DNA of 64,000 nucleotides from Phyllobates terribilis (lineage: Eukaryota). Shown piece after piece: positions 48,411 through 63,364 of the stretch. Location: the NCBI RefSeq assembly GCF_046119375.1, contig NW_027362771.1:256184001-256248000 (forward strand), read 5' to 3'. Numbering within the stretch: position 1 is the stretch's first letter; the number at the start of each line of letters is the position of its first letter. Position numbers and translations under genes: made by a program. The notes below the pieces were generated by a model. That model was not told the DNA's origin and ran no database searches. It saw nothing but the letters and a program-made list of their open reading frames with translations.

Positions 48411-50370
48411 TAATTTCACTAGCGTATAACTATTGTAATGGAGATCGAAACCTCTTCCACTACAGCCAACACAGGAGATGGAGACGTAACCAGGAGTGTT
48501 CACATTTCGCTAAATTAGGGCCTAACACCACCGAAGTGGAACCAATTTCACCAGAGTAGAAGTAGTATAATGGAGACCAAAACGTCTTCCACTACAGCCA
48601 ACCCAGCAGATAGAGACCCAATCAGGAGTATTCACATTTCTCTAAATTAGAGCCTAACACCACCAAAGTGGCATCAATTTCACCAGAGTAGAAGTAGTAT
48701 AATGGAGACCAAAACCTCTTCCACTACAGCCAACCTAGCAGATGGAGACCCAATCAGGAGTGTTCACATTTCTCTAAATTAGAGCCTAACACCACCAAAG
48801 TGGCATCAATTTCACCAGAGTAGAAGTAGTATAATGGAGACCAAAACTTCTTCCACTACAGCCAACCTAGCAGATGGAGACCCAATCAGGAGTGTTCACA
48901 TTTCTCTAAATTAGAGCCTAACACCACCAAAGTGGCATCAATTTCACCAGAGTAGAAGTAGTATAATGGAGACCAAAACATCTTCCATTACAGCCAACCC
49001 AGCAGATGGAGACCCGATCAGGAGTGTTCACATTTCCCTAAATTAGGGCCTAACACCACCAAAGTGGAATCAATTTCACCAGAGTAGAAGTAGTATAATG
49101 GAGACCAAAACCTCTTCCACTACAGCCAACCTAGCAGATGGAGACCCAATCAGGAGTGTTCACATTTCTCTAAATTAGAGCCTAACACCACCAAAGTGGC
49201 ATCAATTTCACCAGAGTAGAAGTAGTATAATGGAGACCAAAACCTCTTCCACTACAGCCAACCTAGCAGATGGAAACCCAATCAGGAGTGTTCACATTTC
49301 TCTAAATTAGAGCCTAACACCACCAAAGTGGCATCAATTTCACCAGAGTAGAAGTATTATAATGGAGACCAAAACCTCTTCCATTACAGCCAACCCAGCA
49401 GATGGAGACCCGATCAGGAGTGTTCACATTTCCCTAAATTAGGGCCTAACACCACCAAAGTGGAATCAATTTCACCAGAGTAGAAGTAGTATAATGGAGA
49501 CCAAAACCTCTTCCACTACAAACAACCCAGCAGATGAAGACCCAATCAGGATTCTCCATATTTCCAAAAATTAGTGGCAGAAACCAGTGAAGTAGCATCA
49601 ATTTCACTACAGTAGAAATATTATAATTAGGACCAACACATCTTCCACTACAGCCAACCCAGCAGATGGAGACCCAGTCAGGATTCTCCACATTTCCAAA
49701 AATTTGTGTCAGACACCAGCGAAGTGGCATCAATTTCACTACAGTAAAAATAGTATAATTAGGACCGACACCTCTTCCACTACAGCCAACCCAGGAGATG
49801 GAGACCTAACTAGGAGTGTTCACATTTCCCTAAATTAGGGCCTTACACCACTGAAGTGGCATCAATTTCACTAGAGTAGAAGCAGTATAATAGAGACCAA
49901 AACCTCTTCCACTACAGCCAACCCAGCAGATGGAGACCCAATCAGGATTCTCCACAGTTCCAAAAATTAGTGGCAGATACTAGCGAAGTGGCATCAATTT
50001 CACTACAGTAAAAATAGTATAATTAGGACCGACACCTCTTCCACTACAGCCAACCCAGGAGATGGAGACCTAACCAGGAGTGTTCACATTTCCCTAAATT
50101 AGGGCCTTACACCACTGAAGTGGCATCAATTTCACTAGAGTAGAAGCAGTATAATAGAGACCAAAACCTCTTCCACTACAGCCAACTCAGCAGATGGAGA
50201 CCCAATCAGGATTCTCCACAGTTCCAAAAATTAGTGGCAGATACTAGCGAAGTGGCATCAATTTCACTACAGTAGAAATAGTATAATTAGGACCGACACC
50301 TTTTCCACTACAGTCAACTCAGGAGATGGAGGCACAATCAGGAGTGTACACATTTCCAAAAATTTGTGTT
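48411..50370. repeat. 132-bp tandem satellite, about 15 units
   Basis: CAATTTCAC(C/T)A recurs at 48543, 48675, 48807 ... 50259 with exact 132-bp spacing. Confidence 0.95.
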
Positions 50371-50474
50371 AACACCTGCAGCAGCAGCAGCAGCAGCAAG
50401 AGCAGGCACAGAAGTCATATCACAGACTGCAATTCCACGAGATCAATGCAGCACACTAAAAACTACAACATCGC

Positions 50475-53400
50475 CTAGTCTGTATAGTCTGCATTTGGGG
50501 TGGAAAAGTCCTTGGAGATCCATGACTTGTTCATCTTGATGAAAGTTAGGTGGTTTACACTTTCAGCGGACAGCTGGCTGCGCTTATCCGTCAGGACACT
50601 ACCAGCAGCGCTGAAGACGCGTTTTGAGAAAACGCTGGCTGCCGGGCATGATAAAACCTCCAAGGCGTGACAGGTGAGCTCAGGTCATTAATCCATTTTT
50701 GAAGACCAAAATGTAAAAGGGTCCAAATCCTCCCTGATGGTATTTATATTGAGCTCTAGATACTTCTGCACCATCCTCTCCAGTCGTTCACCACGTGTCA
50801 GACTTGTACTCTGTTGTGCAGGTGCACGAGCTGTTGTAAAAAATGTGTGAAAGCGCTCACAGAAATTGCTTCTGCCACTTACGCTGCTGCTACTGCTAAT
50901 GTTTTGGCGTTGATGAATTGACGTGCCGGAGGTTGAAAGTCTACAGTTGTTATGCACACTGTGTGCCTCACTGCTAACTTGGGGAAAACCTCTCTTAAGG
51001 TTGCTTAAAAGCTTGTTTCGATACTCCAGCATTAGCAGGTCCCTTTCCAGGGTGGGAAGCATCTGGCAAAATTTACTCTTACAATGTGGCAACCCAGTGG
51101 TCAACATTATTTCGAATCATAACTATACCGGGATCATGTTGTAGAGAATGCATCAAGGAGTCACTCATATGTTGGGCACATCCAGGAGGTCCAAGGCCAT
51201 GCTGTATTGATGGCTGGTTAACACTGATGCTTGTTTCCTCCGTCCCCTCCCGCCAACCACAAACAACAGAGAGGGAATGATTATCCTCTTCATCTTCTGA
51301 CTGTTGCTCGCCCATCACCTCTTCCTCCTCCATTTGTTCCTCGGCTCTTGCACAGTTTGTCTGGTATCACCAACCCCCCCTGGATCGCAGTAATCCACCC
51401 TCACTTGGCATCCGCCTGTGTGACGACAGTCTGGAACTTTGAGACATTGTTATCCCTTCCGAATCCTCCTCTTCTTCTGGAACCACCACTTCCTGCCGCA
51501 GGCTATTCAAAGTCTGCTCCAGCATGTAGATGACCGGAACAGTGATGCTGATGACGGCATCGTCAGCGCCAGCCATTTTAGTAGCCATTTCAAAACTGTG
51601 CAGAAGGGTGCGGAGGTCCTTAATCTGTGCCCACTCCGTAAAAGTGATATGCCACACATCCGTATTGCGTTGGCCCAGGCTATACGACGTGACATACTGC
51701 ATCAGGGCTCGTTGCTGCTGCCACAGTCGCTGCAACATGTGCAGAGTGGAATTCCACCTTGTCAGCACATTGCATATCGATTTATTAACTGGCATTGACA
51801 AAGATCTATGTATCGATTCAAGTCAATGACCTGAGGGGTGCGAATGGCAGAAGTGAGCACACAGCTTCCGTGCTTTCTGAAGCATCTCATCCAGGCCAGG
51901 ATAGTGGCGGAGAAATCGCTGTACCACCAGGTTGAGGACGTGAGCCATGCAAGGCACGTGTGTGAGCTTGCCTCAGAGTAGGGCCGCCACCAGGTTCGCA
52001 CCGTTATCGCAAACGGCCTTCCCTGGTTCCAGGTTCAGCAGAGAAAGCCATTGCTCAAACTCGGACTGGAGAGCTGTCCACAACTCTTCAGCTGTATGAC
52101 TGCGATCTCCAAGGTATATTAATTTTAACACCGCCTGATTGCGGTGACCCATGGCTGGGCAGTACGGAGGTGGTGTGGATTTGTTCTGCATTGTTGGATC
52201 GCATGTCTCATTAAGGCTAAGGCCCCACTCTCAGTATTTGGTCAGTATTCGGTCAGTAATTTTTCTCAGGAGTGGGAGCCAAAACCAAGAGTGGGTGATA
52301 AATGCAGAATTGTTGCATTATTTCTATTATACCTTTTCTCTGATTGTTCCTCACCTGGTTTTGGCTCCCACTCCTGGGAAAAAATACTGACCGAATACTG
52401 ACCAAATACTGATAATGGGGCCATGGCCTAAGGCAGAGGTTGAGTGCCAGGTGGAGGCCCTAGAGGAGGTGAAGGAGGCAGAAGCAGTGGAGGAAGTGTG
52501 AAATACAGAGGTTTCTTCTGCAAGACCCTTCCCCGTCTGCCCCCACAGCCACCAGAGTAACCCAGTTACCAGTCAGCGAGATGTTAGACCCTTGGTCATG
52601 CTTAACTCGTCCAGGTGTCTGTGGTGAAATACACCCTGGCAGACATAGATTTAGTCAAGGTATGGGTGATGTTGTCTGCGACATGTTGGTGTAGCGCAGG
52701 CACAGCTTTCTTAGAGAAGTAATGGCGACTGAGCAACTGGTACTGGGGGACTGTGTCGGCCATCAGCTTTCGGAAACCGTCTATATATCAGGCAAAAAGG
52801 CAGCATTTCCGTGGCCAACATATTGGAGATGGTGGTTCAACCTCTTAGCTTTCTCATGTGTAGGATGAAACAATCTTTTATTTGACCACAACTGCGAGAC
52901 CGAGGGCTGGTTGCAGTGTTGAGAGAGGGCGGAGTAAGGTGAACCGGACAAACTGCTGGACCGTGAGTGAGGTGCAGGCGGAGATGTTACGGTGGATGTG
53001 GTTGATGGGGCAGCTGATGGTTGTTGAGGCCAGCTGGTCCGCATTTTATCTCAGTGAGATTGCCAGAGTAACACATGTTGATTGCGCATGTGAAGGTTCA
53101 TGCATGTATTAGTCAAATTACTGCACTTTTTCCCTCTACTGAGTTTTTTCTTGAAAAGTTTGCAGGTCACGTGAGTTGGCTCATCCTTTGCGGTGTCAAA
53201 AAAGGTCCAGGCTAGGCAACCCTTGCTGCCCCATAGTTGTGGCTAAGGATGCAGTGCTCCTCATGCTTGCATCACTCCGTGTCTGCGCTGTAGGGCGAAA
53301 TGTAACCTCCTCGTCTTCCTCCCCCACCTCTTCAGATGAGCTGTTCGGCTCTGTGACTCTGGGTTCACACCAAGTAGGATCTTCAACCTCGTCATCATCC

Positions 53401-53855
53401 AATGTATTATCCCATTCCTCGCCCTGAGAGTGACCTTTCTCCTCTTGTTGCCCTGACAGCACAGTGCAGTCCGCTCAGGTATCAGTCTCATCAGGATCAC
53501 CCCCCCCCCCGCCGGTGGTTAACGTCTGGTGACGAGGGTCAGGAATCTGCTCGGACTGTACTGTGTGTGATGTTGAGGTGGAGGAAGGAGAGGAGAGGCC
53601 ACTTGAAGCAGCCCTTGCCATCCACTAGAGCACCTGCTCTTTCTGGTCCGAATCAACAAGGCGTATCTCTGTGCGGCTGCCAAAGAAAGGGAGTGGAGTA
53701 GTCCATACAGTAACAGAAGCTGTCAGTTGTCTTTGGATAGGATGTGACGGTGTTGGTTCACTAGTGCTTTCACTAACATTACCACCTACCCCACGTATAC
53801 GTTGAACATCAAGCCTATTCCCCCTTCCGCCATGACCTCTCTTTTTCCCACTCAT
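50475..53855 (-). pseudogene. Decayed hAT (ZBED/Ac-like) transposase
   Basis: BED finger (~53100-53250), FTTDTWTS, VCDNGANL, PCLAHVLNLVVQ, RWNSTLHML and C-terminal dimerisation motif SCPAASVFSKRVFSAAG..LTDKRSQL; many stops and frameshifts. Confidence 0.85.
52219..52428. mobile_element. Harbinger-type palindromic MITE inside the hAT relic (same family as ~37562-37758)
   Basis: TAA-GGCC start, GGCC-TAA end, arms CAGTATTTGGTCAGTATT / AATACTGACCAAATACTG. Confidence 0.65.
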
Positions 53856-53964
53856 GTTGCGCTCAGATAGTGTGGTAGGAGCACGCTATTAACAAAAAAA
53901 AATGTGATTTTTTACTCTGCACCAGTTCTGCACACAGCTGAATTTCAGCGGCACTATTTATTAT

Positions 53965-56880
53965 TTTTCTTATTTATTTATATAGTTCCAGTGATTCCAT
54001 GGAGCTGTACATACTTAGGTGTTACATGCCAAATACAGAGATCACTTACTGTAAACAAAACTAACAATGATAGACTGGTACAGAGGGAAGAGGACCCTGC
54101 CCTTGCGGGCTTACATTCTACAGGAATGGGGAGGAGATAGTAGGTTGGGGGGGTTGCAGTAGCTCTGGTGTTGTTGAGGTGGCAGCAAGCAAGGTCATGG
54201 CAGGCTGTAAGCTTGTTTGAAAAGATGGGTTTTCAGGTTCCATCTGAAGGATCCAAATGTGGCGGATAATCGGACGTGTTGAGGCACAGAATTCCATAGA
54301 ATGGGGGATATTCGGGAGAAATCGTGGAGGCGATTGTGTGAGGAACGAATAAGTGTGGAGGAGAGAAGGAGGTCGTGGGAGGACCAGCTATTACATAAAG
54401 GAATATATCGGGAGATTAGTTCAGAGTTGTACAGAGGAAAAAGGTTATGGATGGCTTTGTAGGTCAGTGTTAGTAGTTTGAACTGGATACGCTGGGCAAT
54501 TGGGAGCCAGTGAAGGGATTTGCAAAGGTGGGTAGCAAAAGAGTAGCGAGGCGAGAGATGAACTAGTCGTGTAGTAGAGTTGAGGATGGACTGGAGGGGT
54601 GCGAGAGTGTTAGCAGGTAGGCCACAGAGGAGGATGTTGCAGTAGTCAAGGCGGGTGATGATGAGGGCATACACAAGAAGTTTAGTAGATTGAGGGTTGA
54701 GGAAAGGACGGATTCTGGAAATATTTTTGAGCTGCAGGCGACAGGAGGTGGCAAGAGCTTGGATGTGGGGTTTGAAGGACAGGGCAGAGTCAATAGTTAC
54801 TCCAAGGCAGCGGATTGCGGGTACAGGGGAAAGTGTGATTTCATTTATTGTGATAGAAAGATCAGGTGGGGAAGGTATGCGAGATGGGGGAAAAATGATG
54901 AGTTCAGTTTCGTCCACATTGAGCTTAAGGAAGCGAGAGGAGAAGAAGGAGGATATGGCTGATAGACATGCCGGAATTCTGGATAGCAGAGAGGTGACAT
55001 CAGGGCCAGAGAGGCAGATCTGGGTGTCATCAGCGTACAGGTGGTACTGGAAGCCATGGGATTTTATGCGCTGTCCCAGGCCAAGGGTATAGATTGAGAA
55101 GAGTAGGGGTCCTAGGATGGAGCCTTGAGGGACTCCAACAGAGAGGGGGCAGGATGAGGAGGTAGTGTGGGAGAGGGAGACGCTTAATGTACAGTTAGAA
55201 AAGTATGAGGAGATCCAAGATAGGGCAAGGTTTTTGACGCCAAAGGAAGAGAGGATCTGTAGTAGGAGGCAGTGGTCAACTCTGTTGAAGGCAGAGGAAA
55301 GGTCAAGGAGAAGGAGTACAGAGAATTGTCTGTTAGCTTTGGCTGTGAGTAAGTCATTAGTAATTTTGGTAAGGGCAGATTCGGTGGAATGGTGGGGGCG
55401 GAAGCCAGATTGTCAGTTGTCGAAGAGAGAGTTAGATGAGAAGTGAGAGGAAAGTTCAGCGTGAACATGTTGCTCAAGGAGTTTGGAGGCAAATGGGAGC
55501 AGCGATATGGGGCGGTAGCTGGACAAGGCAGTTGGGTCGAGGGATGGCTTTTTGAGGATGGTCGTAATTGTGGCATGTTTGAAGGCAGCGGGGAAGGTAC
55601 CAGAAGTTAGTGATAGGTTGAAGAGATGGGTTAGGGATGGGATGTGTGTGGGGGTGAGGTTGGAGAGAAGGTAGGATGGGATGGGGTCGAGTGCACAGGT
55701 GGTGAGGTGTGATTTGGAAAGGAGACGAGTAAGGTCTCCTTCAGTGATGTTGGAAAGGGAGATTATTGGGGAAGGGCAATGGTGTGGAAGACAAAGGGGT
55801 TGTGGTGGTTGGACAGTAAAGACTTGCCTTGTTTGGTCAATCTTGTTTTTGAAGTGTGTGGCAAACTCCTCAGCAGAGTATCACGAAGGTGTGGGAAAGA
55901 CTTAGTGCAACACAGAGGGAAGAGGGAAAGGGAGCCCAGACACTTGGGAAAGGGGGGAGTGGAGACATCCTAGACTGGTCTAGTGTCACCCTGTCTCAAC
56001 TACCGTCCCTATATTGGCTCTTCACCAATCGCCACACACGTGTCTTGCCCTGACTTTCCCTGGCGTATGGATAAGGCTAGGGATTAAAGGAGATGAGCAC
56101 TAGTCGATCTCCACTAAACTCTATAGACAACAAGGGTAGACAAACAGGGGGAATTGCTTAGCTTTAGACGACTCCAAACAAATGCGGACACGGCCTCAAG
56201 CTCCAGAGAGGACGAAGTACTGCTCTTGCTAAAGCCTCACAAGTAGTAATGAATATCGCCGGCACCTCCCTCTCAGACATACCAGATATTTATACACCCA
56301 GGCCAGGGAGCTAATTAGCCAGCGGGAGGTAGCCTCTGGGTCCTAGAGACAGCCAACCCCTAAGAAGATGTCTGTAATGCCAAACGTAGAGATCTCCTGC
56401 AACGAACTGCAGGGAGACTGTCTTTCACCTTTGACACACCTGTGACACAGAGATTACGGAGGTCAGAGGGGGTAGTGGAGGGCAGAGGAGAGAGTTAAAA
56501 GTGTTGAATAATTGTTTCGGGTTGGAAAATATGAGGGATGTGAAGTAGGCCTGTTTAACAGAGGTGTGGGCTGACTTGAATGCGAGTGTTGCTTGTTTGA
56601 ATGCAGTGAAGTCATCTTGCGAGTGTGTTTTCTTTCAACGCCGCTCTGCAACCCTGGACACTTGCCAAAGCTGTTCAGTGAGGTTGTTGTGCCAGGGTTG
56701 CCTATTGACTCGTCGCACTCTGCCATGCACAAGAGGGGCGACCGAGTCAATAGCTGATGCGAGAGTGGCATTGTAGAAAGCAGTGGCGCTGTCTGTGTAG
56801 TGGAGTGAAGATATGGATGTCAGTGGTAGTGAGGAGAGGGTTGCATTGACAATCCAACACAATGGGCAGCACTTTGAACA
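53965..56880 (-). mobile_element. 5'-truncated L2 LINE interrupted by a solo LTR
   Basis: ORF 54195-54917 is the L2 ORF2 C-terminus (RLDYCN, LHWLP, WNS). RT blocks [10 protein letters not shown] and YADDTQIY lie upstream; (AAT)n tail. Confidence 0.9.
55879..56447 (-). mobile_element. Solo LTR (569 bp) of a Ty3/Gypsy family with 5-bp TSD CAGAG
   Basis: TGTCACA start on the minus strand. CAGAG at 55874-55878 and 56448-56452. Homologous to 61075-63243. Confidence 0.88.
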
Positions 56881-56884
56881 CATT

Positions 56885-57183
56885 TTATAAGTGGTAATAA
56901 ACTTGTAAAAAACTCATGAAAAAATAAAGTTACGTTAAAACCAAGCACACCATTGTTTTTCTTATGAAATTCTCAATAAGTATGATGTGTCACATGACCC
57001 TCTTCCCATTGAAAAAAATAAAGTTGGATCCAAAATGGCCGACTTCAAAATGGCCACCATGGTCACCACCCATCTGGAAAAGTTTTCCCCCTCCCATATA
57101 CTAATGTGCCACAAACAGGAAGCTGATATCACCAACCATTCCCATTTAATTTAGGTGTATCCATATAAATGGCCCACCCTGTA
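56885..57183. mobile_element. Tc1/mariner terminal fragment
   Basis: Ends ...GGTGTATCCATATAAATGGCCCACCCTG-TA, a mariner-type TIR with TA. Confidence 0.45.
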
Positions 57184-58524
57184 TTTCAAACTGAGATGTC
57201 CCCTGCAGTATCACATTAGTAACAGAAGAAAGTATTTGTTATTGTGGATGACACCTCTATAACATAGGAGATGTGCTCCAAACTATTTCAAACTGAGATG
57301 TCCCCTGCTGTATAAAGTTAGTAACAGAAGAAAGTATTTTTTTTACTGTGGATGAGGCCTGTATAACATAGAATATATGCTCCAAGATATTTGAAACTCA
57401 GATCTAGCCTGCTGTATCTTGTTAGTCTCAGAAAAAATAGATTTTTTTACTCTGCATAAGCTCTGCATACAACTGAATTTCACCGCCACAAAATGACAAG
57501 GTGACATATGACGTACTGTATCATGTTTGTCACAGAAAAAAATATTTTTTTTACTCTTGGTAGCAAGAGATAAAAAATAGTTTGTTTACTCAGTCTACAC
57601 ACTAGGTGGCTTATAGCAGACTAACACGTTTGTCAAAGAAAACGATATTTTTTGTACTCTGGTTAGCAACATAAAAAATTGATTTTTTTTCACTGTGCAT
57701 ACAGCTGAATTTCACCCCCAAAAAATTACAAGGTGGTCTACTATAGCTTGCGCTAGCACTCTGGAGCTCTGCATACAGCTGAATTTCAATCTCACAAAAT
57801 GAGAAGGTAGGCTAATAGGGCTAGCTTGCTTGCTGTATCACATTATCAAGTGAAAATTTTTTTTTTTTTAAGGGATACTCGTGCATGGAGCACAATAGAA
57901 GCAGTGCACAACAGAGTTCTATGACATGGGCCCAGCTGTCTTTGTCTGGACCTCAGTAACAGCACAAGAAAAAAAATCTGCTGGATGGTTATCTAAACTA
58001 TCTGACTTACAAGCAACCACCTATCTATCTAGCTAAAATCTCTCAGTATACAGTAGCAGGGTCCAGCAGCTGCATCTGTGACCAGTTACATGCATAAAAT
58101 GAGGCACACAGAACATGTCTGCTCTTTATATAGCGAGGACATGTGATTTCAGCAGCCAATGGCACAAGCTCTTGTTTCTGGACAGTGTGGATGCTTCCTG
58201 CGCTCTGAGTGGCTAGCCACGATTTGCACACATAAAGTTAGAAAAAAAAAATAGATGCTGATAAAGTTAAAAGCAATGCTGGAGGAGGGATCCTCCACAT
58301 CCTTCTCTATCATGCTCCCTCGGTGTCTGACGTCTCAGCGCAGTGGGCGCGATGACATCACTATATCATGCCAGCTGTGCTGAGATGTTCAGCGTTTCAG
58401 ACTAAATGTTGCAGAGACTAGAACAGCGTGGAAACAAAGAGAGGCGAGAATTTATTAATTTTTTTAATCACTGAATACACTGTGGCAGCCATTATAGTGT
58501 TTGGCTGGCCTGGGGGGGTGAGGG

Positions 58525-61035
<2,511 letters not shown>

Positions 61036-61209
61036 CAAACAGGGCAATATGATGCGCATTCTACTGTGTGTAAGTGTCACAGGTGTGTCAGAGGGTTGCA
61101 GGAGATCTCTACGTTTGGCATTGCAGACAGCCTCTTGGATAAGAGGCTGTCTTTAGGACCGAGCGGCTACCTTACTCTTGCTAATTAGCTCTCTGACTGG
61201 GTGTATATA

Positions 61210-62835
61210 CAGTACAGATCAAAAGTTTAGACACACCTTCTCATTTAAAGATTTTTTTGTATTTTCTTGGCTATGAAAATTGTACATTCACACTGAAGCC
61301 TTCAAAACTATGAATTAACAAATGTGGAATTATATACTTAACAAAAAGTGTGAAACAACTGAAAATATGTCTTATATTCTAGGTTCTTCAAAGTAGCCAC
61401 CTTTTGCTTTGATGACTGCTTTGCACACTCTTGGCATTCTCTTGATGAGCTTCAAGAGGTAGTCACCGGAAATGGTCTTCACTTCACAGGTGTGCCCTGT
61501 CAGGTTTAATAAGTGGGATTTCTTGCCTTATAAATGGGGTTGGGACCATCAGTTGTGTTGTGCAGAAGTCTGGTGGATACACAGATAGTCCTACTTAATA
61601 GACTGTTCGAATTTGTATTATGGCAAGAAAAAAGCAGCTAAGTAAAGAAAAACGAGTGGCCATCATTACTTTAAGAAATGAAGGTCAGTCAGTCCGAAAA
61701 ACTGGGCAAACTTTGAAAGTGTCCCCAAGTGCAGTTGCAAAAACCATCAAGCGCTACAAAGAAACTGGCTCATATGAGGACCACCCCAGGAAAGGAAGAC
61801 GAAGAGCCACCTCTGCTTCTGAGGATAAGTTTTTCCAAGTCACCAGCCTCAGAAATCGCAGGTTTACAGCAGCTCAGATTAAAGACCAGGTCAATGCCAC
61901 ACAGAGTTCTAGCAGCAGACACATCTCTACAACAACTGTTAAGAGGAGACTTTGTGCAGCAGGCCTTCATGGTAAAATAGCTGCTAGGAAACCACTGCTT
62001 AGGACAGGCAACAAGCAGAAGAGACTTGTTTGGGCTAAAGAACACAAGGAATGGACATTAGACCAGTGCAAATCTGTGCTTTGGCCTGATGAGTCCAAAT
62101 TTGAGATCTTTGGTTCCAACCACCGTGTCTTTGTGCGACGCAGAAAAGATGAATGGATGGACTCTACATGCCTGGTTCCCACCGTGAAGCAAGAAGGAGG
62201 AGGTGTGATGGTGTGGGGGTGCTTTGCTGGTGACACTGTTGGGGATTTATTCAAAATTGAAGGCATACTGAACAAGCATGGCTACCACAGCATCTTGCAG
62301 CGGCATGCTATTCCATCCAGTTTGCGTTTAGTTGGACTATCATTTATTTTTCAACAGGACAATGACCCCAAACACAGCTCCAGGCTGTGTAAGGGCTATT
62401 TGACCAGGAAGGAGAGTGATGGGGTGCTACGCCAGATGACCTGGCCTCCACAGTCACCAGACCTGAACCCAGTCGAGATGGTTTGGGGTGAGCTGGACCG
62501 CAGAGTGAAGGCAAAAGGGCCAACAAGTGCTAAGCATCTCTGGGAACTCCTTCAAGATTGTTGGAAGACCATTTCCGGTGACTACCTCTTGAAGCTCATC
62601 AAGAGAATGCCAAGAGTGTGCAAAGCAGTCATTAAAGCAAAAGGTGGCTACTTTGAAGAACCTAGAATATAAGACATATTTTCAGTTGTTTCACACTTTT
62701 TTGTTAAGTATATAATTCCATATGTGTTAATTGATAGTTTTGATGCCTTCAGTGTGAATGTACAATTTTCAAAGTCATGAAAATACAGAAAAATCTTTAA
62801 ATGAGAAGGTGTATCCAAACTTTTGGTCTGTACTG
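61210..62835 (+). mobile_element. DD38E (Intruder-type) Tc1-superfamily transposon with ~210-bp TIRs
   Basis: TA TSD at 61208-61209 and 62836-62837. TIR CAGTACAGA(T/C)CAAAAGTTT. Confidence 0.93.
61620..62672 (+). CDS. Full-length 350-aa transposase with a DD38E triad
   Basis: Paired-like HTH with a GRPR-like linker (here GRRR), WPDESKF, then FQQD followed by 38 residues and E (DLNPVE). Confidence 0.9.
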   Translation: MARKKQLSKEKRVAIITLRNEGQSVRKTGQTLKVSPSAVAKTIKRYKETGSYEDHPRKGRRRATSASEDKFFQVTSLRNRRFTAAQIKDQVNATQSSSSRHISTTTVKRRLCAAGLHGKIAARKPLLRTGNKQKRLVWAKEHKEWTLDQCKSVLWPDESKFEIFGSNHRVFVRRRKDEWMDSTCLVPTVKQEGGGVMVWGCFAGDTVGDLFKIEGILNKHGYHSILQRHAIPSSLRLVGLSFIFQQDNDPKHSSRLCKGYLTRKESDGVLRQMTWPPQSPDLNPVEMVWGELDRRVKAKGPTSAKHLWELLQDCWKTISGDYLLKLIKRMPRVCKAVIKAKGGYFEEPRI

Positions 62836-63364
62836 TATACCTGGTGTATCTGAGAGGGAGTCACCGGCTATATCCGTTTCTACTTGTGAAGCTTAGCAGG
62901 AGCAGTACTTCGTTCTCTCTGGAGCTTGAGGCCAGGTGCTTATTTGGAGTTCATCTAAAGCTAAACCATTTCTCCTGTTTTGTCCACCCTTGTTGTCTAT
63001 AGAGTTTAGTGGAGGTTGACTAGTGCTCATCTCCTTCCATCCCTAGCCGTAGCCTTATGTAGGGAGAGTAGGGCGTGGCACACGCGGCTATATTGCTGAG
63101 GAGGCAATATAGGGACATTAGGGGAGACAGGGTGACGCTAGACCAGACTTGGAGGTCTCCACTCCCCCCTTTCCCTAGTGTCTGGGCTCCCTTTCCCTTT
63201 TCCCTCTGTGTTGCACTAAGTCTTTCCCACACCTGGCGTGACATTATAGGTGGCCGAGCACGTTTTGAAAAGGAAAAGAAAAAAAAAAGAGAACTGACAT
63301 TTTGTTTTGTTTTTTTCTCTGTGTGTTTTTGGGCATGCACCTTTTTTTTCCTTTCTCCCTTGGG

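Noticed and set aside
48411-50370. Regularly spaced repeats resembling a CRISPR array, and a 44-aa repeat ORF (49446-49739)
   Set aside because: Whole units are homologous with no unique spacers, there are no cas genes and the context is eukaryotic. Most units carry stops, so the 3n period looks incidental.
50378-50402. (CAG)n run
   Set aside because: A short non-coding microsatellite between the hAT stop and the satellite; not in a supported ORF.
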